A DNA stretch of 62,154 bases, from the IMG/VR virus record IMGVR_UViG_3300008110_000717, positions 1-62,154 of that record; one strand, given 5' to 3'. Of this stretch, positions 36,123 through 44,776 are shown piece by piece. Origin of the DNA: a virus (Duplodnaviria > Caudoviricetes). The notes beneath the pieces were generated by a model. The model was not told the origin of the DNA and made no database searches. It saw nothing but the letters and a program-made list of their open reading frames with translations. A program made the translations under genes and the position numbers. Numbering within the stretch: the stretch's first letter is position 1; each line of letters begins with the position of its first letter.

Positions 36123-38608
36123 TTTTCAGGGTTTCCCTTCGGTTGATTTTTTCCGCTTGATTGGCGAATACTCTGGATGTGTTGTACCGATGCTTGTCTG
36201 CGTTGTAGTTCAATTCGTTCTTTTTCCCGCATTAGCTCAATACCCATACGAGCGCCTTCACGCTCATCTTGCGCTTCCAATTTGGCTTTGGATTCTTGCG
36301 CTTGTAGTTGCAGACGTTGTTTCTCCAAGTCCAATCTGTCGGCTTGGGCTGTTGCATCAACAGCGAGCTTCTTCTCTTTAATAGCAAGTTCAGCTTGTTT
36401 CAACTGCATCTCTTGTTGCTGCAACTGTACTAACGGGTCTTGTGCTTGTTGTTGTGCTTGTTGCTGCGCAACTTGTGCTTGATTCTGCTGTAGTACTTGT
36501 TGTGCGGCTTGAGCCATCATGCCTGATAAGGCTGTTTCCATTTCTGGAGATAGCTCTTCTGCTTCAGGAGGTAATGGCATACCCAACTGCTGCTCGATCT
36601 TCTGACGATACGCATACGCTACGTGTTCTGAAACGTGCGCTGCTAATGCCGCCATAATTTGCTGTGCTTTGGGGTTTTGTCCTACCAACTGTTGAATTAC
36701 TGGGTCTTGTGCTGCGGTCATGTGCACCTTAATGTGCGATTCATGATCTTGATAAAAGAACGCTTTCACTGGCTCACAGCGCAAAAGCGACATGTTCTCA
36801 GACACAGGGTCTTTTGGTTTCATATCATCTTCTAGCGGTACAAGCTTTTCTGCGTTCTTAATACCCAGCACATTTAACATCGAGCGGTGTAGTTCTGGCA
36901 GGTTGTAGATGTCTGGTGCCATCTGTGCCATTTGAATGACTGCCTGATACTGAACAACACGCTGCGACATCGTGGCCGCATTCGGGTCCGACACGGGGAT
37001 TAAATCAACCTTGTCGTAATCCTCCTGCTTGGCTTTCTTTGTGCCGTACTCTGGATCGTATTCGTACTTAGGGTCTGTGTAATCACGAATAATTTCTTTA
37101 ATTAATTTGAACTCACGCTTTAGCGTGTAGTGCATACGTGCTTGCACTGCCGTCATTACTTTAAGCTGACGTTCAAGAATAGCTAGTGTAGAACCCACAG
37201 GCGCATTTGCCGACATATCGGATACTTTCATATCCGCAGTCGCTGCAAACCGACGGCCTTCGTCAACAATTGTATTGAGTAAGTTATATAGCGTGGTGCT
37301 TGGTTCTTTGTATGGCAGCGGAAGTATAGAGTCCCGTATGCTGCCTGACGCTACATCAACGTCTCGCCATTCACCCGGAGCAATCGGAGTATCGTCGCCT
37401 TTGATCCTAAGTCCGCGTGATTTAAGACCGCCGGGTAGATTGGACAGTGTGCCTGCATCAACGAGTTGCCTCATCAGGCTCGTCGCATTTTTTGCAAAAC
37501 CGCCTATTAAGTGAAACAAACCAAAGCCATACGCACCAAAGCCGGGGATGTACTGGTAGTGCACGAAGTGATGACGCTTGAGTTTTAACTTGTCGTCTTC
37601 TCTCCAGTTTCTACGGATAGACAGTATGGTGTTTGTGCCTTTAATTAAAGTCACCACGTACGGCAGCGCAATCCCTGTAGGCTCGCCATCGTCATCTTTA
37701 TCGCAGTACTTATCTTCTTCAATGACCAAGTCAGCGTGGCACTCATATAACGTGTAACGGTCGTCGTTTAAGTCCGAGAACCCACTTTCTTTATCTTTGG
37801 CTTTCTGAATTTCTTCGGTTGCTTTGGATGGGTCTGGCAACTCCATGTCGATATAAAACCCACCCTGCTGCAACTTAATAATGTCGTTCTTGGTTTTGCG
37901 CATGACGTGCGTTAAGCGGTAGCACGTATCTAAGTCCGTAGTGCCATAAGGCAAAATCACATCTTCTGCTGGCACGAACATCGCCACTTGACGGCCAATG
38001 TTTGGATCAAAATACACTTTCTTAAAGGCTGAACCTGTAGCTGGCAAACTCCACAACATGCGCTCATGTTCTGGGCGATACTCCGTCATGACTTCAGTAA
38101 GCTCAAAGTTCATGTCTTCTTCTACGCGTATCGCGGCTTCTTTTACCTCTGGCGTTTCTTTACCAATAATTTTGGTACGCACCGGCCCTTGGGCTGGGAA
38201 TGTCTCAGTTATCGACTCAGATTGAAAGCGCACAACTGCTTCGGTTAACATCGGATGGAACACGCCACACGCACCAGACCACGGCTCGGTTCGTTCCTCA
38301 ATCTGCAAACCTAAAAGCTTTAAGCCATTAACATAGGCTTTCTCCCATTCTTTACGGGAGCCTTTGTCGTTAGTAATATCAAAATCCAACTCGCCAGCAA
38401 GCTCCGACAAAAAGCCATCTTCAAGCGTTTCTGCCAAATTTTCGTTAAATTCTTCCGAAGCTTCGGTTTTGGCAAGTTCTATTTCAAACCCCGGACCCGA
38501 GATGCTTACCGCTTCGGGATCAACAATCTCGATCTCAATTGCTTCTTCCCCGTCTGGTATTGATGCTAATCCTTGGGGGGCTTGATATAGCCCTTTGTCG
38601 ATAGCCAT
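36119..38608 (-). CDS. Portal protein
   Basis: 829 aa after terL; GSAFKKVYFD, Gln-rich C-terminal barrel as in P22-type portals. Confidence 0.85.
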   Translation of the reverse strand: MAIDKGLYQAPQGLASIPDGEEAIEIEIVDPEAVSISGPGFEIELAKTEASEEFNENLAETLEDGFLSELAGELDFDITNDKGSRKEWEKAYVNGLKLLGLQIEERTEPWSGACGVFHPMLTEAVVRFQSESITETFPAQGPVRTKIIGKETPEVKEAAIRVEEDMNFELTEVMTEYRPEHERMLWSLPATGSAFKKVYFDPNIGRQVAMFVPAEDVILPYGTTDLDTCYRLTHVMRKTKNDIIKLQQGGFYIDMELPDPSKATEEIQKAKDKESGFSDLNDDRYTLYECHADLVIEEDKYCDKDDDGEPTGIALPYVVTLIKGTNTILSIRRNWREDDKLKLKRHHFVHYQYIPGFGAYGFGLFHLIGGFAKNATSLMRQLVDAGTLSNLPGGLKSRGLRIKGDDTPIAPGEWRDVDVASGSIRDSILPLPYKEPSTTLYNLLNTIVDEGRRFAATADMKVSDMSANAPVGSTLAILERQLKVMTAVQARMHYTLKREFKLIKEIIRDYTDPKYEYDPEYGTKKAKQEDYDKVDLIPVSDPNAATMSQRVVQYQAVIQMAQMAPDIYNLPELHRSMLNVLGIKNAEKLVPLEDDMKPKDPVSENMSLLRCEPVKAFFYQDHESHIKVHMTAAQDPVIQQLVGQNPKAQQIMAALAAHVSEHVAYAYRQKIEQQLGMPLPPEAEELSPEMETALSGMMAQAAQQVLQQNQAQVAQQQAQQQAQDPLVQLQQQEMQLKQAELAIKEKKLAVDATAQADRLDLEKQRLQLQAQESKAKLEAQDEREGARMGIELMREKERIELQRRQASVQHIQSIRQSSGKNQPKGNPEK

Positions 38609-38617
38609 GTTGGCTCC

Positions 38618-40144
38618 TTAATAGTAAGCCGCTCTGCGCGGTGAATAAATTTTGTCGTCCCGATCATCTGATTCAAGCGAAATAAAGCCCCCTTGCCTAA
38701 AGCGCAGGAGTGCTTGAGAAGTCGTGTCTACGTAATCGTCGTGTTCGCCAACCGGGAAGGCTGCTACTTCCTCAATTACTTCTCGTGCCCATCGGGTGTC
38801 TGGTGCCCAGACTTTACCAGAAGTAAATAGGTCTGCAATAGCGTTGACTCGGACGATTTTGTCGTTTCCTCTACTGGGGGAGAACTCTTGGACGGGGATG
38901 CCCATTGCTCTGATTTCTTGGATGAGGGGTGCGCCTGCGGCCTTTTTCTCCACAACGAAGGCATCCGGTTCCCACTCCTTATAGTGTCGTAGCGCAACTT
39001 GTTTTAATTCTGGAAAGTCCATACGGTCTTTAAACGCGTCCAGCAGAATCACTTGCGGCTCGTCCCGTTCTTCCTCATTGTAAAACACTCCCCACGTTGT
39101 GCAAGCAGAATAGTCAGCGGTAGTCTTAGCCTCAAACGCCGTATCCCAACTCTGGATGATGTACTCACATTTCGGTGGATCGTCTTTCTCCCAGATGCGC
39201 CAGTGCCGTCTGGCAATAATTGCCGAGGCTTCCGAGGTAGGCTGCTGCATGTACTGGGCGTTCCAGTACCTAGGGTCAATCGACGCTTTGGTTTTCTTTA
39301 AGGCTTCCAACGGCCACTGCTCCGGCCAGAGCGACTTCTCGTTCTCTTCGTCCTGATTAAGGATGGCTGGCAGTTCAACGATTTCCCACGGTATAGCTTC
39401 GGGGTTTCGCGTTTGGTAATCTACTAAGCGCCCCGTTAGGTCGAGCAACGACCACCTAGTCATAATAACTATGATTGCCCCGCCGGGCATGAGACGCTGC
39501 AATGGGCCGGTTTGAAACCAAGACCACGCTGTATCGAAGGCCAATCGTGAATTTGACTTAACGTCCTGCTCAGAGTGAGGATCATCAATAACAAAAAGAT
39601 CAGCACCACGACCGGCAAGAGCACCGCCAACACCTGCGGCATAATATTGCCCCCCTGCGCCCGTAGACCATTTACCTGCTGCCTTCTGATCGTCGGCAAT
39701 GCGTGTGTGGGGAAATAAATCGTGGTACTCATCGGACTCAATTAAGTTACGGACTCGTCGTCCAAAATCTTCGGAAAGGCTGGCCGTGTGCGTTCCCATG
39801 ATGATCTTCTTGTCTGGAAACTTGCCAAGGAAATACGCTGGGAACAGGTAAGAGGAAAACTCCGACTTACCCATACGCGGTGCAATATTAATAATTACCC
39901 GCTTCTTCTCTCCCGCAATCACCGACTCAAATATCTTGGAGAGCTTCTTGTGGTGGGGGCCAATTTTAAATCCCGGATACACATGCGTTGCAAACCCAAG
40001 CATGGAATCTTGCCCAATGATCTTACTGGCTCTGGCTGCGCGTTCTTCCAAATCGGCCAGTAGTTCGGCTTTCTCTCTAGGGTTTAGGCTAGGCAATACG
40101 CGTTGAAGGGCTTTGATTTCTTCAGGACTCAGGACTGCTTTCAT
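38618..40144 (-). CDS. terL: Terminase large subunit
   Basis: Walker A APRMGKS, Walker B LFVIDD, nuclease QSWDTA and HDDYVD. Confidence 0.95.
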   Translation of the reverse strand: MKAVLSPEEIKALQRVLPSLNPREKAELLADLEERAARASKIIGQDSMLGFATHVYPGFKIGPHHKKLSKIFESVIAGEKKRVIINIAPRMGKSEFSSYLFPAYFLGKFPDKKIIMGTHTASLSEDFGRRVRNLIESDEYHDLFPHTRIADDQKAAGKWSTGAGGQYYAAGVGGALAGRGADLFVIDDPHSEQDVKSNSRLAFDTAWSWFQTGPLQRLMPGGAIIVIMTRWSLLDLTGRLVDYQTRNPEAIPWEIVELPAILNQDEENEKSLWPEQWPLEALKKTKASIDPRYWNAQYMQQPTSEASAIIARRHWRIWEKDDPPKCEYIIQSWDTAFEAKTTADYSACTTWGVFYNEEERDEPQVILLDAFKDRMDFPELKQVALRHYKEWEPDAFVVEKKAAGAPLIQEIRAMGIPVQEFSPSRGNDKIVRVNAIADLFTSGKVWAPDTRWAREVIEEVAAFPVGEHDDYVDTTSQALLRFRQGGFISLESDDRDDKIYSPRRAAYY

Positions 40145-40751
40145 GCTCCTCCTGATCCATGTCTAAAGTTTGACCAGTGTCTTTTACATTCTCAATAATG
40201 TCTGTGACATCAGTAATCTCCACGATCTTAGCCATTTTCCCCAGCTTCTCTTTGATCCTAGCGTCCAGTTCTGAATCGGACAGCTCTGTCTTTTTGATCT
40301 CGATCTTCTCGGTGAACAAGCCAACCTCTGTGACCTTACCCAAAAGGGCCAAGGCTTTTAGTCTGACGGACGCGGTGGGATGCGTTGTCTCTTCCAAAAT
40401 TTTAGCTACCGTGTAACCACGGAGTTCTTTAGCGCGTTCTACGAATTCCCAATCGTACGCGGTTAACATGCCTACCAGATGTTGTACTGCTGCCGGAGTT
40501 TTTACTTGGGCAAGCGCAGCATGGGTATGATCTGGGTTTTGTGCAGTTATTAAACTGCTAAATGTTTCACGTGAAGCTTTAGCGTCTAGCTCGGTTGCTA
40601 CTTCGTCGCCTACAGCGCCGAGTTCTTTAAGCCAGTCGGTCGTACTTATCTTAGCGTCCACGGCAGTAGCCGGGTCGGATTTTTCAAGCGAGACAAAGCC
40701 CGAGGATGTGCCCTCGACTTCGGGTTCAAAATCAATCAGGTGTTCTAACAT
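40122..40751 (-). CDS. terS: Terminase small subunit (putative)
   Basis: Directly upstream of terL; RLKALALLGK..GLFTEK motif; ATG 40751 preferred. Confidence 0.65.
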   Translation of the reverse strand: MLEHLIDFEPEVEGTSSGFVSLEKSDPATAVDAKISTTDWLKELGAVGDEVATELDAKASRETFSSLITAQNPDHTHAALAQVKTPAAVQHLVGMLTAYDWEFVERAKELRGYTVAKILEETTHPTASVRLKALALLGKVTEVGLFTEKIEIKKTELSDSELDARIKEKLGKMAKIVEITDVTDIIENVKDTGQTLDMDQEEHESSPES

Positions 40752-40762
40752 CGCGTTGGCCC

Positions 40763-40791
40763 TTGCAACCACGTTGGACGCAGTGTATATT
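40763..40791 (+). promoter_or_regulatory. Sigma70-like promoter for the sRNA
   Basis: TTGCAA-17 nt-TATATT. Confidence 0.6.
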
Positions 40792-40810
40792 TAACTTTGC
40801 AAGTGTGCAA
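40782..40810 (-). promoter_or_regulatory. Sigma70-like promoter for the late (terS) operon
   Basis: TTGCAC-17 nt-TACACT on the minus strand; -10 overlaps that of the sRNA promoter. Confidence 0.55.
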
Positions 40811-40884
40811 GCGGCAACGCTTACATTTGCTTCTCCTTCGCGTCAGCGAACTTTGTCCCTCAGTCACGGCTGGGGGATTTTTTT
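40798..40884 (+). ncRNA. Putative anti-RBS small RNA
   Basis: Promoter, GCAA-tetraloop hairpin, CATTTGCTTCTCCTT, short hairpin, then terminator stem plus T7. Confidence 0.65.
40856..40884 (+). terminator. Intrinsic terminator of the sRNA
   Basis: TCCCTCAGT-CACG-GCTGGGGGA (9 bp, 2 G:U) then TTTTTTT. Confidence 0.75.
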
Positions 40885-40893
40885 GTCTGTGTA

Positions 40894-40909
40894 TGTCTAA
40901 GTTTAGACA
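40894..40909. promoter_or_regulatory. Operator-like palindrome TGTCWA-N4-TWGACA
   Basis: TGTCTA-AGTT-TAGACA; related sites at 48418 and 56838. Confidence 0.55.
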
Positions 40910-41031
40910 AGGTGTTTGAGATTTTGTAGAAAATAATGTGGGGTAGGGCATATTGTATAAGTGATAACTGAAGTATTGAGCATGGTTGTGAAACAGTGTT
41001 CAGTATGGACGACCCCCCCTGTCTTCTATTT

Positions 41032-41062
41032 GGGTGGGTGGGGGTAGGGTGGGGGTCAGGGG
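41032..41062 (+). other. G-tract cluster (G-quadruplex potential) between the two arms
   Basis: GGG-T-GGG-T-GGGGG-TA-GGG-T-GGGGG-TCA-GGGG. Confidence 0.6.
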
Positions 41063-41146
41063 ATAGCCAAATCAGGTCAGAAATAGGGTCGAAATGACCC
41101 GAATATGGCTTAGATACTAGGGTTTAAGCCGATCAAAAAGGGGTAA

Positions 41147-41155
41147 TGCTATAGT
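41147..41155 (+). promoter_or_regulatory. Extended -10 early promoter
   Basis: TGcTATAGT followed by a 5' hairpin (41161-41177) upstream of the first early gene. Confidence 0.45.
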
Positions 41156-41210
41156 GAAATTGTGCTGATTCGGCACATAACTAACCCAAAGGACCCAAAG
41201 GAGCTACACC

Positions 41211-41594
41211 ATGACTACATCAACACAATCCAAAGTTAATACCATCGTTGCTGCATATCTCAAGCAATCAGACACGTTAGTCATCGAGCTACACTCGCTC
41301 GGATTAGATACGGCAGAGCTACAGCGCCCCTACGTCATTAAAGCGGTATGCCAAGCCACCACGAACGGCAAAGGATGGTCGGATGAATGGCGCGGCGTTG
41401 TTGCGCTTGACTCGAAGCATCCACAGTACGAACTACTGAAAACCAAAGTGCGCCGAGTAATGGCTGCATTGAAGGGCGACGAACCGGCAGCGTCGAGCGG
41501 CAAGAAGGAAGTCGATGCCGTTGCGAAGCTATTGGCTGCATTCAACAAAATGTCGAAAGCCGAGCAAAAGAAGTTTTTGAAAGCTGTAGCGTAA
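41211..41594 (+). CDS. First early protein, hypothetical
   Basis: SD AAAGGAG; 127 aa. Confidence 0.75.
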   Translation: MTTSTQSKVNTIVAAYLKQSDTLVIELHSLGLDTAELQRPYVIKAVCQATTNGKGWSDEWRGVVALDSKHPQYELLKTKVRRVMAALKGDEPAASSGKKEVDAVAKLLAAFNKMSKAEQKKFLKAVA

Positions 41595-41690
41595 TCATCG
41601 GGTCACGTTGACCCGATGGAATTTCAAGGCGGTGCAAGCGGGGAGCCGAGCCGTTGTTTCATTCCATGTCTAACCAAAGGAGATTTATCC

Positions 41691-41873
41691 ATGAATAGCC
41701 AAAAAATCATAGAGTTACTGCTAAACGGCGCGTATCACGAAGGAAACAAGTTCTTTCACCCAAGTTTTCGCAGAGGCTACCGAACAATGCGCGTCTCTGA
41801 CATTTCATTCCAAGCGGCACTAAAGAAACTCGGAGCGCAAGTAAAACTCAACAACGGCAAGTACTCAATCTAA
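41691..41873 (+). CDS. Early hypothetical protein
   Basis: TAACCAAAGGAG SD before ATG 41691 (MNSQKIIELL). Confidence 0.7.
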   Translation: MNSQKIIELLLNGAYHEGNKFFHPSFRRGYRTMRVSDISFQAALKKLGAQVKLNNGKYSI

Positions 41874-41889
41874 CCAAAGGAAAATCACC

Positions 41890-42159
41890 ATGCAAAACAC
41901 AAAATCAATCTTCTTTGTTGAAGTAACCGACACCTACGCAGGTGAAGCAAACTACTGCTGGGTGAAACGCTTCAAAGTTCATGCGTCTAGCTTCAAAGGC
42001 GCAATACGAAAAGTCAGTAGCGAAATGGGCTTATCCGCCCGCATCAACGGTGACTACGGTGACATGGCGCGTTATGACTTCAAAGGAACCGCGATCTGCG
42101 CTTTCGTTATGCCCTACGAAGATCAAGCCGAGCACTACTTAAACGTCAAATCAATCTAA
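41890..42159 (+). CDS. Early hypothetical protein
   Basis: TAACCAAAGGA SD; VTDTYAGEANYCWVKR motif. Confidence 0.75.
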   Translation: MQNTKSIFFVEVTDTYAGEANYCWVKRFKVHASSFKGAIRKVSSEMGLSARINGDYGDMARYDFKGTAICAFVMPYEDQAEHYLNVKSI

Positions 42160-42175
42160 CCAAAGGAGAATCATC

Positions 42176-42355
42176 ATGACCGAAAACCAAAAGCAATACA
42201 TAGCCGATATCGTTGGCTCAATAGTGGCAGGCATACTGCTAACCATCGCCCTAATCCATCTCATACCCGAAGGGATGTGGCTGTATCTCATCTGCCTTGT
42301 GTTCGGAACCGTCATCATCACCAACAAAATCAACCGCGCATTGAGAGGGAACTAA
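42176..42355 (+). CDS. Early two-TM membrane protein, 59 aa
   Basis: MTENQKQYIADIVGSIVAGILL...; TAACCAAAGGAG SD; not in the track. Confidence 0.7.
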   Translation: MTENQKQYIADIVGSIVAGILLTIALIHLIPEGMWLYLICLVFGTVIITNKINRALRGN

Positions 42356-42357
42356 TC

Positions 42358-42576
42358 ATGCTCAAACTAATCAGCAAAACCACAGGCAAAGAACTGCGCG
42401 TAGGTGAGGTAGTGCATGACTTCAGAAACGATGCGCACATACTGGTCGATGCCAGACCGCCGCACAAGCCAAGCAGCGAAGGCTTTGTAACCTTGCGTTC
42501 AATGAACGAACACGCCTTCACACATGAGTACTACGCAGGGGTGATCGACGCGAAGTGGGAAAGCGGGTCAAGCTGA
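42358..42576 (+). CDS. Early hypothetical protein
   Basis: MLKLISKTTG..RPPHKPSSEGFV; SD GAGGG. Confidence 0.65.
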   Translation: MLKLISKTTGKELRVGEVVHDFRNDAHILVDARPPHKPSSEGFVTLRSMNEHAFTHEYYAGVIDAKWESGSS

Positions 42577-42599
42577 CCCGTTTTTTACAAAATCTCGAG

Positions 42600-42887
42600 G
42601 TATCCAAGACTACACGCCTTGGCCCGTTTTTTGGACAGTCGAAACCCGCGCCAGTCCTAGAATCCAGCACTGGTATCCGTTTTATATATCTTTTTAAATA
42701 AATATATATATAGGGAAATATTTATATATAAGGGTGGGCAGTCGGCTGTCCGTAAGACAAGGTTGGCAGGTTTGTGCTTTAGTATTTTTTAAAAAAGATA
42801 TATAAACCGGATACCACCCCTAAAACCTATGCTATGCTTGGCTTTTAGCTGTCCAAAAAACTGCCCGAAACGTGTAGTCATGGATAC
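42600..42887. other. Putative replication origin: nested inverted repeats around an AT-rich core
   Basis: Three arm pairs with symmetric 9- and 32-nt spacers; TATATA-rich centre; non-coding. Confidence 0.6.
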
Positions 42888-42922
42888 TTACAAGATAGTT
42901 AACAGCAGAAAGGCGTGTAATC

Positions 42923-43642
42923 ATGTACAAATATTTAGCCACCGCACGAGTGAGCAAACTTGACAGTGTATTGAAACAAAAGTTCCCTAATAAAAAGCTG
43001 CGTGATTCTGAGCGCGACCGCATCATGGCTGCAAAAAAATCTAATCGCTCAGAAAAAATAAGGCGTACGCACCACAAAAAATTGTGGCAAGCGTTAGTGC
43101 GTGACTTGGTTTACGAAAAGAACAACGTGCGCATGGGTATGCGGTATCAATCCGTACAAAATCTCGAGTCCAGACAGTTTGCCTTTGAAGCGTACCTCGC
43201 AGTGATCGAGAAGGTAGAGACGTTAATCAAAGATCACGCCGAGAGTGGCGTCACACCCAGCGAGTACGCCCGAAAGAAAGACCTGCCCAACAACGGGCTG
43301 CATTGGACGGATTGGGTTCCTGCCCATATCAAAACCAAGATCATTACCCTATTCAACGCCATCCCACATACGCCGAGGGCTAAACGCAAGCTACCTTTCC
43401 CACGAACGAGGCGACCGGACAAAGGCAACCCGTTAGTCAACCGCTTACGCCAGCGCACCGAGAAGGAGTTAGCGTTTGAAGTGCGTGACCTACGGGCAGA
43501 CCCAGCCAACCCCGTGAGATTGAAACGGGTAGCCCAGATGCGCGAGGCACTGCGAATCATGGAGACAATGAAACCGAACGACGTCATACCGCACACATGG
43601 CACGGGTTATTTATACAAGGGGCAATTACACGAGTTACTTAA
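42923..43642 (+). CDS. Basic hypothetical protein next to the putative ori
   Basis: 239 aa, Arg/Lys-rich, HWTDWVP and PHTWHGL motifs. Confidence 0.65.
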   Translation: MYKYLATARVSKLDSVLKQKFPNKKLRDSERDRIMAAKKSNRSEKIRRTHHKKLWQALVRDLVYEKNNVRMGMRYQSVQNLESRQFAFEAYLAVIEKVETLIKDHAESGVTPSEYARKKDLPNNGLHWTDWVPAHIKTKIITLFNAIPHTPRAKRKLPFPRTRRPDKGNPLVNRLRQRTEKELAFEVRDLRADPANPVRLKRVAQMREALRIMETMKPNDVIPHTWHGLFIQGAITRVT

Positions 43643-43694
43643 AAACGGGTCAGCCTGACCCGCTAATCAGGCACAACAACCAAAGGAGAAGTAA

Positions 43695-43880
43695 ATGAAC
43701 CAAGACCAACAACACGCAGCAGCAATACACATGAAGAAAGTAGGCGGCGGGTTTGCAAGCCGTCTAGCCGAAGCGTACCTGTACGCTGACTCATGGAACC
43801 AGCGCCGTATCTATGAGGCGTTCGAGGATTTGTTTGAGAGGCACTTACCAACCAAAGGAGAAGCAAATGAAGTCATGTAG
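43695..43880 (+). CDS. Early hypothetical protein
   Basis: GGGFASRLAEAYLYADSWN; AAGGAGAAGTAAATG start. Confidence 0.7.
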   Translation: MNQDQQHAAAIHMKKVGGGFASRLAEAYLYADSWNQRRIYEAFEDLFERHLPTKGEANEVM

Positions 43881-44061
43881 AAATTGCGAACGGTCTGTGC
43901 ATGATGGGTATTTCCATGTGCGTTTGCTATGCAACGCCAAAAGCATGGTAGTCGTGCCGTTTCAATCTGGGGTAGCAGAAGAAAACAAAACGCATGACAG
44001 GCAAGCCCAGATGTATGCGGCAACGTGTGAATACTATGAACGGGTCAGCCTGACCCGATAA
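43867..44061 (+). CDS. Early Cys-containing hypothetical protein
   Basis: MKSCRNC...C...C; AAGGAGAAGCAAATG start. Confidence 0.65.
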   Translation: MKSCRNCERSVHDGYFHVRLLCNAKSMVVVPFQSGVAEENKTHDRQAQMYAATCEYYERVSLTR

Positions 44062-44077
44062 CCAAAGGAGAAAAAGA

Positions 44078-44329
44078 ATGAAATATTACATAGGCAAGAT
44101 CGAGGAATTCAACGACGGTTTTGAGTACTCGACAGAGTACGTATTCAAAACCGAAGGCGACCCACATGAGTACGCCGACGAGACAGCAAGGGGATGGCGT
44201 GGTGAGGGTAATTGGGACGCTGACCAAGAAGGTTGGTGGTGTGAGCACACGCTGATCTTTAACGATGGGTATGAAGAAGTATCAGAAGAAGAGTTTGAAG
44301 TGTTGTCCAAGTACATAGTCGTTCTATAA
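44078..44329 (+). CDS. Early highly acidic protein
   Basis: Glu/Asp- and aromatic-rich; strong SD. Confidence 0.7.
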   Translation: MKYYIGKIEEFNDGFEYSTEYVFKTEGDPHEYADETARGWRGEGNWDADQEGWWCEHTLIFNDGYEEVSEEEFEVLSKYIVVL

Positions 44330-44343
44330 CTAAGGAGAAGCAA

Positions 44344-44739
44344 ATGAAAACCAATGAACTAACAGGCGCTGCCCTTGACTGGGCAGTCGCGCAATGCGAG
44401 GGGTTAAACCCAATACTAGGCAGTTCGTTTGAGCGTGGTCATGCAGACGGGCTTGATCGGTATCCGTTCGTGTACTTACATGAGCCAATGAAACACAACA
44501 TCGCAGCACCTGCGTTTTATACAGGGTACACGCCATCAGTAAGTTGGTGGATAGGCGGGGAGATCATCGAGCGCGAACGCATAGAGCTTGTGCCTGATGA
44601 GATATGGAACGCATACAAACAAGATCAACACATACCCAACACCGGCATGACCCCATTGATTGCAGCCATGCGCTGCTACGTGGCAAGCAAACTAGGTGAC
44701 GATGTGGAAGTACCAGAAGAAGTAGTACTTGATAAATAA
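44344..44739 (+). CDS. NinX/DUF2591-like phage protein
   Basis: LTGAALDWAVA...PLIAAMRCYVASKLG. Confidence 0.75.
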   Translation: MKTNELTGAALDWAVAQCEGLNPILGSSFERGHADGLDRYPFVYLHEPMKHNIAAPAFYTGYTPSVSWWIGGEIIERERIELVPDEIWNAYKQDQHIPNTGMTPLIAAMRCYVASKLGDDVEVPEEVVLDK

Positions 44740-44776
44740 ACGGGTCAGCCTGACCCGATAACCAAAGGAGAAGCAC

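Noticed and set aside
136-40416. Numerous plus-strand ORFs opposite the structural genes (and minus-strand ORFs opposite the early/replication arm)
   Set aside because: Antisense shadows of real genes; no RBS or recognisable motifs.
40706-40951. Track ORFs 40706-40900 (+) and 40745-40951 (-)
   Set aside because: No SD, no protein-like composition, and they overlap the promoter, sRNA and terminator signals.
42586-43168. 14-bp direct repeat TACAAAATCTCGAG (42586 and 43155)
   Set aside because: Only two copies, one inside an ORF; no supporting context as an att site or target duplication, so it may be chance.
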